DNA of 64,000 nt from assembly GCA_963765765.1 (NCBI GenBank), contig CAVXYC010000029.1:64001-128000 (forward strand). Reading direction: 5' to 3'. Source of the DNA: an uncultured Chloroflexia bacterium (GTDB lineage Bacteria; Chloroflexota; UBA6077; JACCZL01). How positions within the stretch are numbered: position 1 is the stretch's first letter; every line of letters begins with the position of its first letter. A program made the translations under genes and the position numbers. The notes under the pieces are model-generated. The model was given only the letters and a program-made list of their open reading frames with translations. It had not been told where the DNA came from and made no database searches. Positions 9,203-18,368 of this stretch are shown one piece after another.

Positions 9203-10273
9203 ATGCGTGTACTGCTCGCGGGCGGCGGATCCGGAGGCTCGGCAACGCCGGTTCTCGCGGTCGCGGAAAAGCTTCGGGCTCGAGACTCGTCCAGCGAGCT
9301 TCTGTACGTTGGCACGAGCACGGGGCCGGAGCGTGCGCTGGTGGAATCTGCTCGAATCCCATTCCGGAGTGTCCCGAGCGGTAAGCTGCGTCGGTACTTC
9401 GATTTGCAGAACGTCTGGGATGTTGCGAATGTAGGTCGCGGCATGACCCATTCCTTCGGGATCGTTCGCCAATTCAAACCAGATGTCGCCTTCGGAGCAG
9501 GCGGCTTCGCCTGCGTGCCACCTCTCTGGGCCGCGCGGCTATCCAACGTGCCCGTGGTCATTCATCAACAGGACGCCATTCCGGGACTGGCGAATCGCCT
9601 ACTTGTACCAGCCGCCACGTCTATAAGCGTGACCTTTCAGGAGACAATCCACCACTTCCCGAAATCTAAGACGTGGCTCAGTGGGAACCCCGTACGCCAG
9701 TCCGTATTGGAGGGCGACCGCGATCGATTCTTCGCCCGATTCGATCTCGACCCACAACGTCCGCTGGTCCTCATCACGGGAGGGGGTACCGGCGCCCTGC
9801 GACTCAATCAGCTCGCGGCTCAGGCCTCGGAACGGCTGATTCAGCATGTACAGGTGGTACATCTGACAGGGCAGGGGCGGGAGGTTGAAGTCCAGTTTCG
9901 CTCCCCGCACTACCTGCAGCGCGCATTCCTCATTGACGAGATGGCTGACGCTTTGCACGCCGCGACCGTCGTCGTGTCCCGCGCGGGACTTGGAACGCTG
10001 AGTGAGATCGGCGCCCTGGGGCTGGCTGCGATTGTGATACCTATGCCAGGCTCACATCAACTGGCTAATGCCAGGGCGTTCGCTGAGCGCCGCGCCGCTG
10101 ACGTGCTGAACGAGGAGACGCTCACGTCGGACGTGCTTGCTGATCGCGTTTTTCGTCTGATCGCCGACGTTGAGATGCGAGCGGCCCTGGGGGAAGCGGC
10201 CAGGCGTCTGCTCCCCCTTGATGCGGCAGATCGGGTGGCTGATCGCATCCGGGAGCTAGTGGTTGACAGCTAA
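9203..10273 (+). CDS. murG: MurG-family glycosyltransferase (GT28)
   Basis: Motifs GGGSGG, SGKLRRY, GAGGF, PGLANR, GNPVR, TGGGTGA, SRAG and HQLANA. Confidence 0.88.
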   Translation: MRVLLAGGGSGGSATPVLAVAEKLRARDSSSELLYVGTSTGPERALVESARIPFRSVPSGKLRRYFDLQNVWDVANVGRGMTHSFGIVRQFKPDVAFGAGGFACVPPLWAARLSNVPVVIHQQDAIPGLANRLLVPAATSISVTFQETIHHFPKSKTWLSGNPVRQSVLEGDRDRFFARFDLDPQRPLVLITGGGTGALRLNQLAAQASERLIQHVQVVHLTGQGREVEVQFRSPHYLQRAFLIDEMADALHAATVVVSRAGLGTLSEIGALGLAAIVIPMPGSHQLANARAFAERRAADVLNEETLTSDVLADRVFRLIADVEMRAALGEAARRLLPLDAADRVADRIRELVVDS

Positions 10274-12516
10274 CGCGAGACGAGCTGCGGCTCCGTCGCT
10301 TGCACCTCTTCCACGATGATCTTCAGTCCTCCGTTGGCTGACGTCTCAACGTCAATACCATTGCCGGTTTGGTGAACCGAAATGTCGATCGATGCACCTG
10401 CGACACGAAGATTTTTCATCTCAACGATCGTCACTCCGGCTGGCAGGAGGGGCCGCACGGTCATGCGCCGCCGAGGTGCATCCACATCCAGACCAAGTAC
10501 GCTCTGGACAATCAAGAACACACTCGCGGCCGCCCAAGCCTGTGGGCTGCACGAGACCGGGTACTGAGCAGGCATGGAGAAGTAGCGACGGTCCCTGGCG
10601 AAACCGCAGTAGACCTCTGGAAGGCGGTAACTTGGAAATCGGACCGCCGCGTCAATGACTTCGCCGGAAAGAATTGCAGCCTCATAGTCGAATCCGGCTC
10701 GTTTAAGGCCCGCGATGATGATCGAGTTGTCGTGCGGCCAAACGCTGCCGTTGTGATAACTCATCGGATTGAAGTTGGGCTCGTGACTGCTGAGTGTCCT
10801 GATCCCCCAACCACATCGCAGATCTTCAGACATCATGCGTCGCACCACGGTGGCACGAAGCTCCTCAGGGATGATGCCGCTCCAGATGTTGTGGGCCGCA
10901 TTGGAGCCAATCGCATGTATCTGCTCCTTCTCCGGACCCAATGCCATGGCAAAGTAGGAGTCGTCCTTCATCCAAAACCGCGCGAGATAACGCTCCTGCA
11001 ATAGTCGAGCTGCCTGGGTCTGCTCTTCGGCCCGATCAGTCAGCCCAAGGAGCTGGAAGAGATCAGCCATGCGCATCCGCGCATCGTAGACATAACCCTG
11101 GACTTCGCTGAGCGCAATTGGGGGTTCAACGGGTCGGCCATCGCGATATGAGATCGAATCGTGCGAGTCCTTCCAGCCCTGGTTTCGTATGCCAGTTTCA
11201 GAGCGTGAGCAATATTCGATGAATCCGTCACCGTCCTGGTCACCGTAGTTATCAATCCAACCGATCGCGGCATCGATATGCGGCAGCATCGACCGCGCAA
11301 AACCCATGTCGCCCGTCCATCGAACGTACTCGCTGAGTGTGATCAGGAAGAGAGGCGTTGCATCCACGCTCCCGTAATAAGGCGTATGTGGGACCTTGCC
11401 GAGATTGGCAACCTCCCCCATGCGAATCTCATGGAGAATCTTGCCCGGCTCCTCGTCGCGCCAGTGGTCGACACGTGAGCCTTGATATTTGGCCAGAAAT
11501 CGGAGCGTCGCGTAGGCGATGTTGGGATGCAAAGGAAGCGATTGCAGCGCCGTAATGAGACTGTCTCGGCCGAACGGGACACTGAACCAGGGGATTCCCG
11601 CCGATGGCAGATATCCATCCGGCACCTGATCGCTGAGCAGCCGGAGGTCACTTGCCGAACGACGGATGACCGCGTTGAGCAGTTCATTGTCGGTACGGAT
11701 GACGGTACTGCTATCGGCCCACACCGTATACGAATCGCGGATGAGTAGGAACTCCTGGTCAAGCGTTAAGCCGCGCGACCCGGGGCTCTCGATTGCCTCA
11801 TCCTTGATGTGTGGCTCTATCAGCGTGGTGATCACACGATATTGCGAGGGTGGAATCTCCAGCCGAAAGTGGACGTCAGCCCAGGCCGGATCCACCCGCG
11901 TATCCACACGCGGATCGCCAGCACCGCTAATGCCGGGCAGCTCCCTCAGGTCATTACTGATCGGCTCGGGCGTATGGCAGGTAAGTCCAGTGGGTTCTCG
12001 GTCGAATTTGACAATTGTTTCACGCTCGGTGCCATCCAGACCGCGGTACCCGAAGACGAGCTGACCGTCACTCGACGCCGGTGCGGAAATCTCACCGAAC
12101 TCAGTTCGTTTGAGATAACCGCGCACATCGAACATGTCTCGAAAGTCGGAACCTAGTCGTAGTACGACGTCGAAGGTAACGGCGTGGGAGTTGTAGTTGA
12201 AAAATCCCAGACGCTCATGGAGACCGTTATGAAGAAATCGATTGCGGCGGATGCTAACCGTGCGCGGCGGCACGAGATTCCCTGTTGAGTCCACGAGCCG
12301 AGGGTTCGCAAACTGAAGGTTGGTCATGAAATTGTGCTCGCCCGATGCGCTGAGAAGCTGGGGCTGAGCGCCGTTGATCTGGAGCTCAAAAATGCTCAGA
12401 AACCGTGTGTCGCGCCAGTACAGTCCCTGACCGTCAATATTTCCTGACCGAACATCGCCGCTTGGATCAGTCACCAGAAACATCTGGTTCTCTTTCAGCA
12501 CCGATCGATCAATCAC
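10270..12516 (-). CDS. Amylo-alpha-1,6-glucosidase / glycogen debranching family glycosidase
   Basis: Motifs GLYWRDTRFLS, AGIPWFSVPFGRDSLI, EEPGKILHE, NQGWKDS, SYHNGSVWPHDN and CSPQAWAA. Confidence 0.9.
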   Translation of the reverse strand: MIDRSVLKENQMFLVTDPSGDVRSGNIDGQGLYWRDTRFLSIFELQINGAQPQLLSASGEHNFMTNLQFANPRLVDSTGNLVPPRTVSIRRNRFLHNGLHERLGFFNYNSHAVTFDVVLRLGSDFRDMFDVRGYLKRTEFGEISAPASSDGQLVFGYRGLDGTERETIVKFDREPTGLTCHTPEPISNDLRELPGISGAGDPRVDTRVDPAWADVHFRLEIPPSQYRVITTLIEPHIKDEAIESPGSRGLTLDQEFLLIRDSYTVWADSSTVIRTDNELLNAVIRRSASDLRLLSDQVPDGYLPSAGIPWFSVPFGRDSLITALQSLPLHPNIAYATLRFLAKYQGSRVDHWRDEEPGKILHEIRMGEVANLGKVPHTPYYGSVDATPLFLITLSEYVRWTGDMGFARSMLPHIDAAIGWIDNYGDQDGDGFIEYCSRSETGIRNQGWKDSHDSISYRDGRPVEPPIALSEVQGYVYDARMRMADLFQLLGLTDRAEEQTQAARLLQERYLARFWMKDDSYFAMALGPEKEQIHAIGSNAAHNIWSGIIPEELRATVVRRMMSEDLRCGWGIRTLSSHEPNFNPMSYHNGSVWPHDNSIIIAGLKRAGFDYEAAILSGEVIDAAVRFPSYRLPEVYCGFARDRRYFSMPAQYPVSCSPQAWAAASVFLIVQSVLGLDVDAPRRRMTVRPLLPAGVTIVEMKNLRVAGASIDISVHQTGNGIDVETSANGGLKIIVEEVQATEPQLVSR

Positions 12517-12736
12517 AGGTAACTAGACACCTCGGAGCGTGAATACTGGATCGCCACCAACTTGAGTTGGACGAGCACAGCTGGACGAGGTCACGGTTTG
12601 GGAATGTCACCGTGGTGCGCATCAAGCATGCCCGTGCCTCGGGGGGATGCCTGACCGGCTTGTTTAAGTATGACAGGTTTGGATGGGCCAATTTTATCGG
12701 CCCGTTTCCACCACGATATCTGAGAGCTGGACCGGT

Positions 12737-14017
12737 TCAGTCCCCGTCCGCGTTGAGAACGATCATGTCTTCGCGACTTTCGCCAATGCCGACGTGTGTA
12801 ATCGGAACGCGCATAAGAGACTCAAGCCGCTTGACGTACGTCTGCGCTTCGAGCGGCAGCTCGTCCCACTCGCGGACATGCGCAACGGGCCGACTCCAAC
12901 CGGGTAGCGTCTCGTAGATCGGCACGCAGCGATCGAGCTCCTCAACACTTGACGGCATGTGATGAATCGTCACGCCGTCTAGCTCATAGGCAACGCAGAC
13001 CTTGAGCTCCTCCAGCTTGTCCAGGATGTCCAGTCGAGTGAGAACGATCCCGTCGAATCCGTTTACGATCGCCGAATGCCGCCCGACGACGGCATCGAAC
13101 CAGCCGCATCGTCGAGGACGCCCCGTCGTGGTTCCGTACTCATGTCCTTCTTCGCGTAGGAAGGTCCCCACGTCGTCGTCCAGCTCAGTGGGCATGGGGC
13201 CGGTTCCGACGCGCGTTGAGTACGCCTTGAATACTCCGAGTGCCTGACTGAGATATCGCGGTCCAATACCGGCGCCAAGGCAGAGCCCAGCCACAGTCGG
13301 TGATGATGAAGTGACGTAAGGGTACGTTCCGTGATCCAGGTCAAGAAGAGATCCCTGCGCCCCCTCGATGAGTATCGTCTCGTCGCGATCGATCGCATCC
13401 TGGATTGCCATCGAGACTTCGCCAATCTGGCCGCGCAGTCGGTCGGCGATGGCGAGGTAGCTCGCGCAGATGTCCTCGACGGAGAGCGTGAGGCCGGCAG
13501 TGCCGAGAATAGGTGCAATATGTTCGGCCGCGTGAGCGACTTTCGAGCGGAAGCGGTCTGGGTCCAGAAGGTCCCCCGCACGAATCCCTTTACGGCTTAC
13601 CTTATCGACGTATGTCGGACCAATTCCGCGACCTGTCGTCCCAAGCCCACCATCTCCGCGCTCTTCCTCTTGAAGACTGTCCAGCAGGACGTGGTAAGGA
13701 AGAATGAGATGCGCACGGTCGGAGATACGCAGATTTCCGGTCTGAACGCCACGTGCGTGCAGCTCATCAAGCTCGGCCACGAGCGCGGTGGGGTTGAGTG
13801 CGACTCCAGGCCCTATGACGCAGAGAGTTGACGGATTGAATATGCCGGCGGGCACGAGGTGCAGCGCGAATTTCCCCTGAGGGTTGACGATGGTATGTCC
13901 CGCGTTGTCACCACCTTGCGCACGAATGACAACATGGGCCTTGCCGGCAAGCATGTCAATGACCTTGCCCTTCCCCTCGTCACCCCACTGGCCTCCGACA
14001 ACTGCATAAACCGGCAT
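12737..14017 (-). CDS. purA: Adenylosuccinate synthetase
   Basis: Motifs GGQWGDEGKGK, GGDNAGHT, EGAQG, HGTYPYVTSS and EYGTTTGRPRRCGWFD. Confidence 0.98.
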   Translation of the reverse strand: MPVYAVVGGQWGDEGKGKVIDMLAGKAHVVIRAQGGDNAGHTIVNPQGKFALHLVPAGIFNPSTLCVIGPGVALNPTALVAELDELHARGVQTGNLRISDRAHLILPYHVLLDSLQEEERGDGGLGTTGRGIGPTYVDKVSRKGIRAGDLLDPDRFRSKVAHAAEHIAPILGTAGLTLSVEDICASYLAIADRLRGQIGEVSMAIQDAIDRDETILIEGAQGSLLDLDHGTYPYVTSSSPTVAGLCLGAGIGPRYLSQALGVFKAYSTRVGTGPMPTELDDDVGTFLREEGHEYGTTTGRPRRCGWFDAVVGRHSAIVNGFDGIVLTRLDILDKLEELKVCVAYELDGVTIHHMPSSVEELDRCVPIYETLPGWSRPVAHVREWDELPLEAQTYVKRLESLMRVPITHVGIGESREDMIVLNADGD

Positions 14018-14269
14018 CCTACCCCCATCTCGCGCAATGGCGCGGGAATTATACGGTCAAGGTGTTTACGCCAATGTCACGCGACAACCGCGGTGGTCCT
14101 TCCAGTGCATTGTGGTTGTTGGCCACACAGCAGTCCTGTACGGCTCAGCGCTGGGACGCTCATGATGGCGTCACGAGGAAGCTGCCACCACACTAACTTC
14201 AAATTCAAAGACCGATCGCAGACGACACCGCGATCACCCGAGCCGGAGCTCAGCGAGACTCGTGCGAAT

Positions 14270-15295
14270 CTATCGGGATGAGCTCGCGGCGGCTTCCTCA
14301 CGGGCGGTGTAGTTCCGACGATAGTACTCCTGGAAGCTGGCGTCCTTCAGCCGTCGCCACCACGCCTCGTTCGCTACGTACCAGTGCACCGTCCGCTCCA
14401 TCGCCGCTGCGAAATCTCGTTGCGGCGCCCACCCCAGCGCGCGCGTCTTCGACGAATCCACGCTGTAGCGACGGTCATGGCCGGGGCGATCCGGGACGAG
14501 CTTCTTCAGGCTCGCGGGCTTCCCTAGGATACTCAGAATGGCGTCGGCCACCTGGTGGGTGTTGATGGCGTGCCCGGCCCCGACGTTGTAGATCTCCCCG
14601 GGCGTGCCGCGCTCTAGCACGGTGGCGATCGCCGTGCAGTGATCGGCCACGTCGATGTAGTCGCGTAGCGCCCCGCCATCGCCATAGATCGGCAGCGGCA
14701 GATCGTCGATGGCGTTGGTGGTGAACAACGGGACCACCTTCTCGGGGTACTGGTTGGGCCCGATCGTGTTGGCCCCACGGGTGATCAATACCGGCAGTCC
14801 ATGGGTCACGCCATAGGCGCGCACCATCAGGTCCCCGCCGGCCTTGCTGGCGGCATACGGGCTGCGCGGCTCGAGCGGATCGTCCTCCGTGGATGCCCCC
14901 ACCGGCACGTGTCCGTAGACCTCGTCGGTGCTCACCTGCAGGTACCGCTGCAATCCGTGCCGCCGCGCGGCATCGAGCAGCACCCAGGTGCCCTCGACGT
15001 CGGTCCGGATGAACCCGCCGGCATCCAGAATCGAGCGATCCACGTGCGTCTCGGCGGCGAAGTTCACGATCACGTCCTGGCCGGCCAGCACTCCATCCAC
15101 CAGAGCCGGATCGGCAATGTTCCCGTGGACGAAGGTGTAGCGCGGCTGCCCCTCGAGATCCGCCAAATTGGCGCGATTGCCAGCGTAGGTCAGCGCATCC
15201 AGGACTGTCACGTGCGCCCCGCGCTGCGTCGCGAGCAGGTGATGCACAAAGTGCGAGCCGATGAAGCCGGCGCCCCCGGTAATGACGACCTTCAT
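14270..15295 (-). CDS. rfbB: dTDP-glucose 4,6-dehydratase
   Basis: Motifs TGGAGFIGS, AAETHVDRSI, STDEVYG, YAASK and DRPGHDRRY. Start at ATG 15295 (ATGA overlap with rfbA). Confidence 0.95.
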   Translation of the reverse strand: MKVVITGGAGFIGSHFVHHLLATQRGAHVTVLDALTYAGNRANLADLEGQPRYTFVHGNIADPALVDGVLAGQDVIVNFAAETHVDRSILDAGGFIRTDVEGTWVLLDAARRHGLQRYLQVSTDEVYGHVPVGASTEDDPLEPRSPYAASKAGGDLMVRAYGVTHGLPVLITRGANTIGPNQYPEKVVPLFTTNAIDDLPLPIYGDGGALRDYIDVADHCTAIATVLERGTPGEIYNVGAGHAINTHQVADAILSILGKPASLKKLVPDRPGHDRRYSVDSSKTRALGWAPQRDFAAAMERTVHWYVANEAWWRRLKDASFQEYYRRNYTAREEAAASSSR

Positions 15296-16092
15296 GACGC
15301 GACAGCCTCCGCCGCGGCTGGTCCCGGGGGGGCGCATCGGTCGGGTCGATCTCGGTCGGTGGCGGTGCCGCCCCGCGCCCGCTCGGCCAGGAAGCGGAAC
15401 GTCTCGTAGTAGGTCTCGATTGATTCGCCGGCATCGCCCCACCAGCCGTCCAGGATGTCGTACTCCATGGCCCCGCGGTCGATATAGGCGTTATTGACGT
15501 CCGTCACTTCGAGCTCCCCACGGCCCGAGGGGCTCAGGGTGGTGAGGATGTCCCAGATGGCGGCGTCATACAGATAGATGCCGGTGACCGCGTAATGGGA
15601 GCGCGGGAATTGCGGCTTCTCCTGAATGAAAAGAATCCGCTCGCCCTCGATGATCGGCACGCCGTAGCTCTGCGGATGCGCGACCTCGGTCAGCAGGATC
15701 CGCGCGCCCTGGGCTTGCCGCTCGAAGTTGTCCACGGAGGCCTTGATGCTGCGGTCGACGATGTTATCGCCGAGCATGACGACGACCTTGTCGCCATCGA
15801 CAAAGCGCTTGGCCAGACCGATCGCCTCGGCGATGCCGCCGGCACGCTCCTGGTAGGCGTAGTTGAGCTGGCGCAGGCCGAACTCGTGGCCGTCGCCGAG
15901 CAGGCGCAGGAAATCACCGGCATTGTTGCCGCCGGTGACCAGCATCACCTCGTCGATGCCGGCGTCGGCCAGCGTCTGCAGCGGGTAGTAGATCATCGGC
16001 TTGTCGTACAGCGGCAGCAGGTGCTTGTTGGTGATCCGGGTCAGCGGATGCAGCCGCGTCCCCGAGCCGCCTGCCAGAATGACGCCTTTCAT
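15292..16092 (-). CDS. rfbA: Glucose-1-phosphate thymidylyltransferase (short form)
   Basis: Motifs GVILAGGSGTRLHPLT, KHLLPLYDKPMI, LGDN, EKP, SGRGELEVTD and WGDAG. Confidence 0.92.
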   Translation of the reverse strand: MKGVILAGGSGTRLHPLTRITNKHLLPLYDKPMIYYPLQTLADAGIDEVMLVTGGNNAGDFLRLLGDGHEFGLRQLNYAYQERAGGIAEAIGLAKRFVDGDKVVVMLGDNIVDRSIKASVDNFERQAQGARILLTEVAHPQSYGVPIIEGERILFIQEKPQFPRSHYAVTGIYLYDAAIWDILTTLSPSGRGELEVTDVNNAYIDRGAMEYDILDGWWGDAGESIETYYETFRFLAERARGGTATDRDRPDRCAPPGPAAAEAVAS

Positions 16093-16126
16093 TGAGTAGA
16101 ACCTCCTGTGCTCCTCACCGGTCGAA

Positions 16127-16819
16127 TCAGCTTCGAGCGGTATAGCGTTCTAAGATCGTGGATGGTCGTACATCGTTGAGTACGACCCCCAGAATGCGTG
16201 CCTTCACCTGCTCTAACTGGCGCTTGGCACTCTGCGATGACTCGCGACGCGTGTGCCCCGAGCGAAGCACCAGTAGCACTCCATCGCTTCTAGGAGCGAT
16301 CTGTGCCGCGTCAGACACCAGCCCGATTGGGGGAGTGTCGACTAAGACAATATCAGCCCGCTCCTTCAGGCCCTCCCAGATGGAGTCCAGGCGGGCCGAG
16401 CCGAGTACTTCAGCCGGGTTGGGTGGGAGCGGCCCGGTTGGCACGAGACTGAGGCCCGGAATTGCAGTCGGATGAATGGAGTCGTCCAGACTTCCACCGA
16501 GCAGTGCATTGGTGAAGCCGGGCGATTGGGGACCACCGATGAGCGCATGCAAGGTGGGTGAGCGAAAATCGCAGTCCACGGCCAAGACCGTCTTTCCAGA
16601 TTCAGCCATCGCCACCGCGAGATTCGCAAGTACAGTCGACTTGCCGTCATTCGCACCCGCACTCGTGATCACGACCGTGCGGATTGGCGCATCGAGCCCG
16701 GAGAACTCGAGATTGGTGCGAAGCGTTCGATACGCCTCTGCCGCCGCGGAGTGGGGGTCGATCGCGGTGACGAGCCGCCGGCTATCTTCGGTCTGTGCCT
16801 TCGCTCCAAATAATGGCAT
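16127..16819 (-). CDS. CpsD/CapB family bacterial tyrosine kinase
   Basis: AEAYRTLRTN, Walker A GANDGKST, Walker A' VDCDFR, PPNPAE and Walker B VLVDTPP. Confidence 0.92.
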   Translation of the reverse strand: MPLFGAKAQTEDSRRLVTAIDPHSAAAEAYRTLRTNLEFSGLDAPIRTVVITSAGANDGKSTVLANLAVAMAESGKTVLAVDCDFRSPTLHALIGGPQSPGFTNALLGGSLDDSIHPTAIPGLSLVPTGPLPPNPAEVLGSARLDSIWEGLKERADIVLVDTPPIGLVSDAAQIAPRSDGVLLVLRSGHTRRESSQSAKRQLEQVKARILGVVLNDVRPSTILERYTARS

Positions 16820-17544
16820 CAGGTGGGGCTCCCTTGGGCTGCGATTGAGCTCGGCTCGGTGTTCCTGAGCTGCAATGCGATAGCATCGGCGGGGGCCGGG
16901 ATCGACGCCAGCGTGGCGAGGTTCAATCGGCGAGTCACGTCCTCAGCGGAATTGATCGTGTCGTTCACATAGGCAAGAAGCAATGCCAGGAGCGCGCCGA
17001 AGGCGATGCCGAGCCCGGTAGCCACCGGTACAATGGCTCGAGTTTGCGGCCAGACCAGGACTGCAGAAGTCGGACGGTCCAGCATGGATACTACCGTTCT
17101 CTCTGACTGAGGAACTCCCTGATTGCGAGCCGCGTGCTGCTCCTCGAATACGCGTGCGAACTCCAATGCCAGCCGTTCCGCCATTGTCGGGTCCGTATCA
17201 TCTACTTCGATCAGCACCTGAACGTTGTCGACGATGGCTTCCGCGCGCACCTTGCTCAGCAGGCGGTCCGGTCCCAGGTCAAGACGCAGACGTTGGTCGA
17301 CTTCGCGCGCGACTTCTGTAGTGCGAACTCGCTGCGCCAGCGGACGCAGTGTCTTCTCTACGGCGAGCTGGGCTCCGTAATCGAAACGCCCTGAAAGTTC
17401 GAGGCGCACACTCGAGCGATAGATCGGCGTCTGGATGCGCGAGTAGAGGAGGGCGAAGCCGGTCGCCGCGACAGCGGCTACGACAACCACCCACCAATAC
17501 TGTCGCAATGCATTGAAGACGTCTGAAGGACGGAGCTGAATCAT
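16819..17544 (-). CDS. Wzz/CpsC/CapA-like polysaccharide co-polymerase
   Basis: LRQYWW plus TM1, PIYRSS, TM2, and a YVNDTINSAEDV tail. Start placed at ATG 17544. Confidence 0.8.
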   Translation of the reverse strand: MIQLRPSDVFNALRQYWWVVVVAAVAATGFALLYSRIQTPIYRSSVRLELSGRFDYGAQLAVEKTLRPLAQRVRTTEVAREVDQRLRLDLGPDRLLSKVRAEAIVDNVQVLIEVDDTDPTMAERLALEFARVFEEQHAARNQGVPQSERTVVSMLDRPTSAVLVWPQTRAIVPVATGLGIAFGALLALLLAYVNDTINSAEDVTRRLNLATLASIPAPADAIALQLRNTEPSSIAAQGSPT

Positions 17545-17618
17545 GCGGCGTTCAAGCGCTCCACTCGCCGCCACTATACGAGCGGCCCCACAGTAGTGAC
17601 AATTGATGCTTCCGATCG

Positions 17619-18305
17619 CTATGGGAGGGATCGCTGCTTGGGAATCTCACCGATGACCGGCCATTTGAGTAAATCTTCAACCTCTCGTCGGGTGCGTAGC
17701 CGATCGTCCAGATATTCAAGAAGGAATGCCAGTCCCACCGCCAACAGGAACCCGATTGCCGTCCGCAGAAGGATTTCTCCAATGAGCGCGGCCCCTCCTG
17801 ATGCCCGAGCGAGCGAGGGACGGTTGATGATACGGACCAGGCCGTTGTTCGCTTGCAGCATTCCCATGTAGTCGCCGAGCCGAGAATTGAGAACTCGCTC
17901 ATACGCTTCAGCGATTGCCAGCGTACCAGGGCCCTCTGAGCCACAGATGCTCAGATCGAGCATACGGTGGGTCTTTTTGGTCCTGGCGACATTTGCAAGT
18001 GTCGCTGGATCGACCCTGAAGCCCATCTCAGCACTCACGTCCTCGGCAAACGCCTGGCTTCTTACGAGCTCGCTCAGGTCGTCGGCGAGGTATTCGGAAG
18101 CCAGCCATGGGTAGTAATTGTCGTATCCATAGTAACCCTCGCGCCGCGGTTCGGGTACCACGCTGACAGCCATTCGCATATTCGCTTGAAAAGCGCAGGG
18201 ACCCCGCCAGGCCGCAAGGGAAGCGGCGGCGAATGAAAGGGCCGTGATAGCGGCAATGAGCCACCATCGACGGCGAAGAACGGACGCGTAGTGTGAAAGC
18301 TCCAA
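17619..18305 (-). CDS. Second Wzz/CpsC/CapA-like polysaccharide co-polymerase
   Basis: (M)ELSHYASVLRRRWW plus TM1; TM2 followed by EYLDDRLRTRREVEDLLKWPVIGEIP. Start placed at TTG 18305. Confidence 0.82.
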   Translation of the reverse strand: MELSHYASVLRRRWWLIAAITALSFAAASLAAWRGPCAFQANMRMAVSVVPEPRREGYYGYDNYYPWLASEYLADDLSELVRSQAFAEDVSAEMGFRVDPATLANVARTKKTHRMLDLSICGSEGPGTLAIAEAYERVLNSRLGDYMGMLQANNGLVRIINRPSLARASGGAALIGEILLRTAIGFLLAVGLAFLLEYLDDRLRTRREVEDLLKWPVIGEIPKQRSLP

Positions 18306-18368
18306 AGGGCTCAATCCAATTTCTGGGACGCGCAACTATACCGACAGGGGATAGACGCTTACAACGAG

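Noticed and set aside
12517-12736. Small hairpins and a 60-aa ORF between purA and the glycosidase
   Set aside because: No recognisable RNA motif, RBS or protein signature.
14475-15434. 319-aa alternative-frame ORF and other long ORFs over rfbB/rfbA
   Set aside because: Arg/Pro/Gly-rich shadow ORFs expected from high GC3, fully overlapping well-supported genes.
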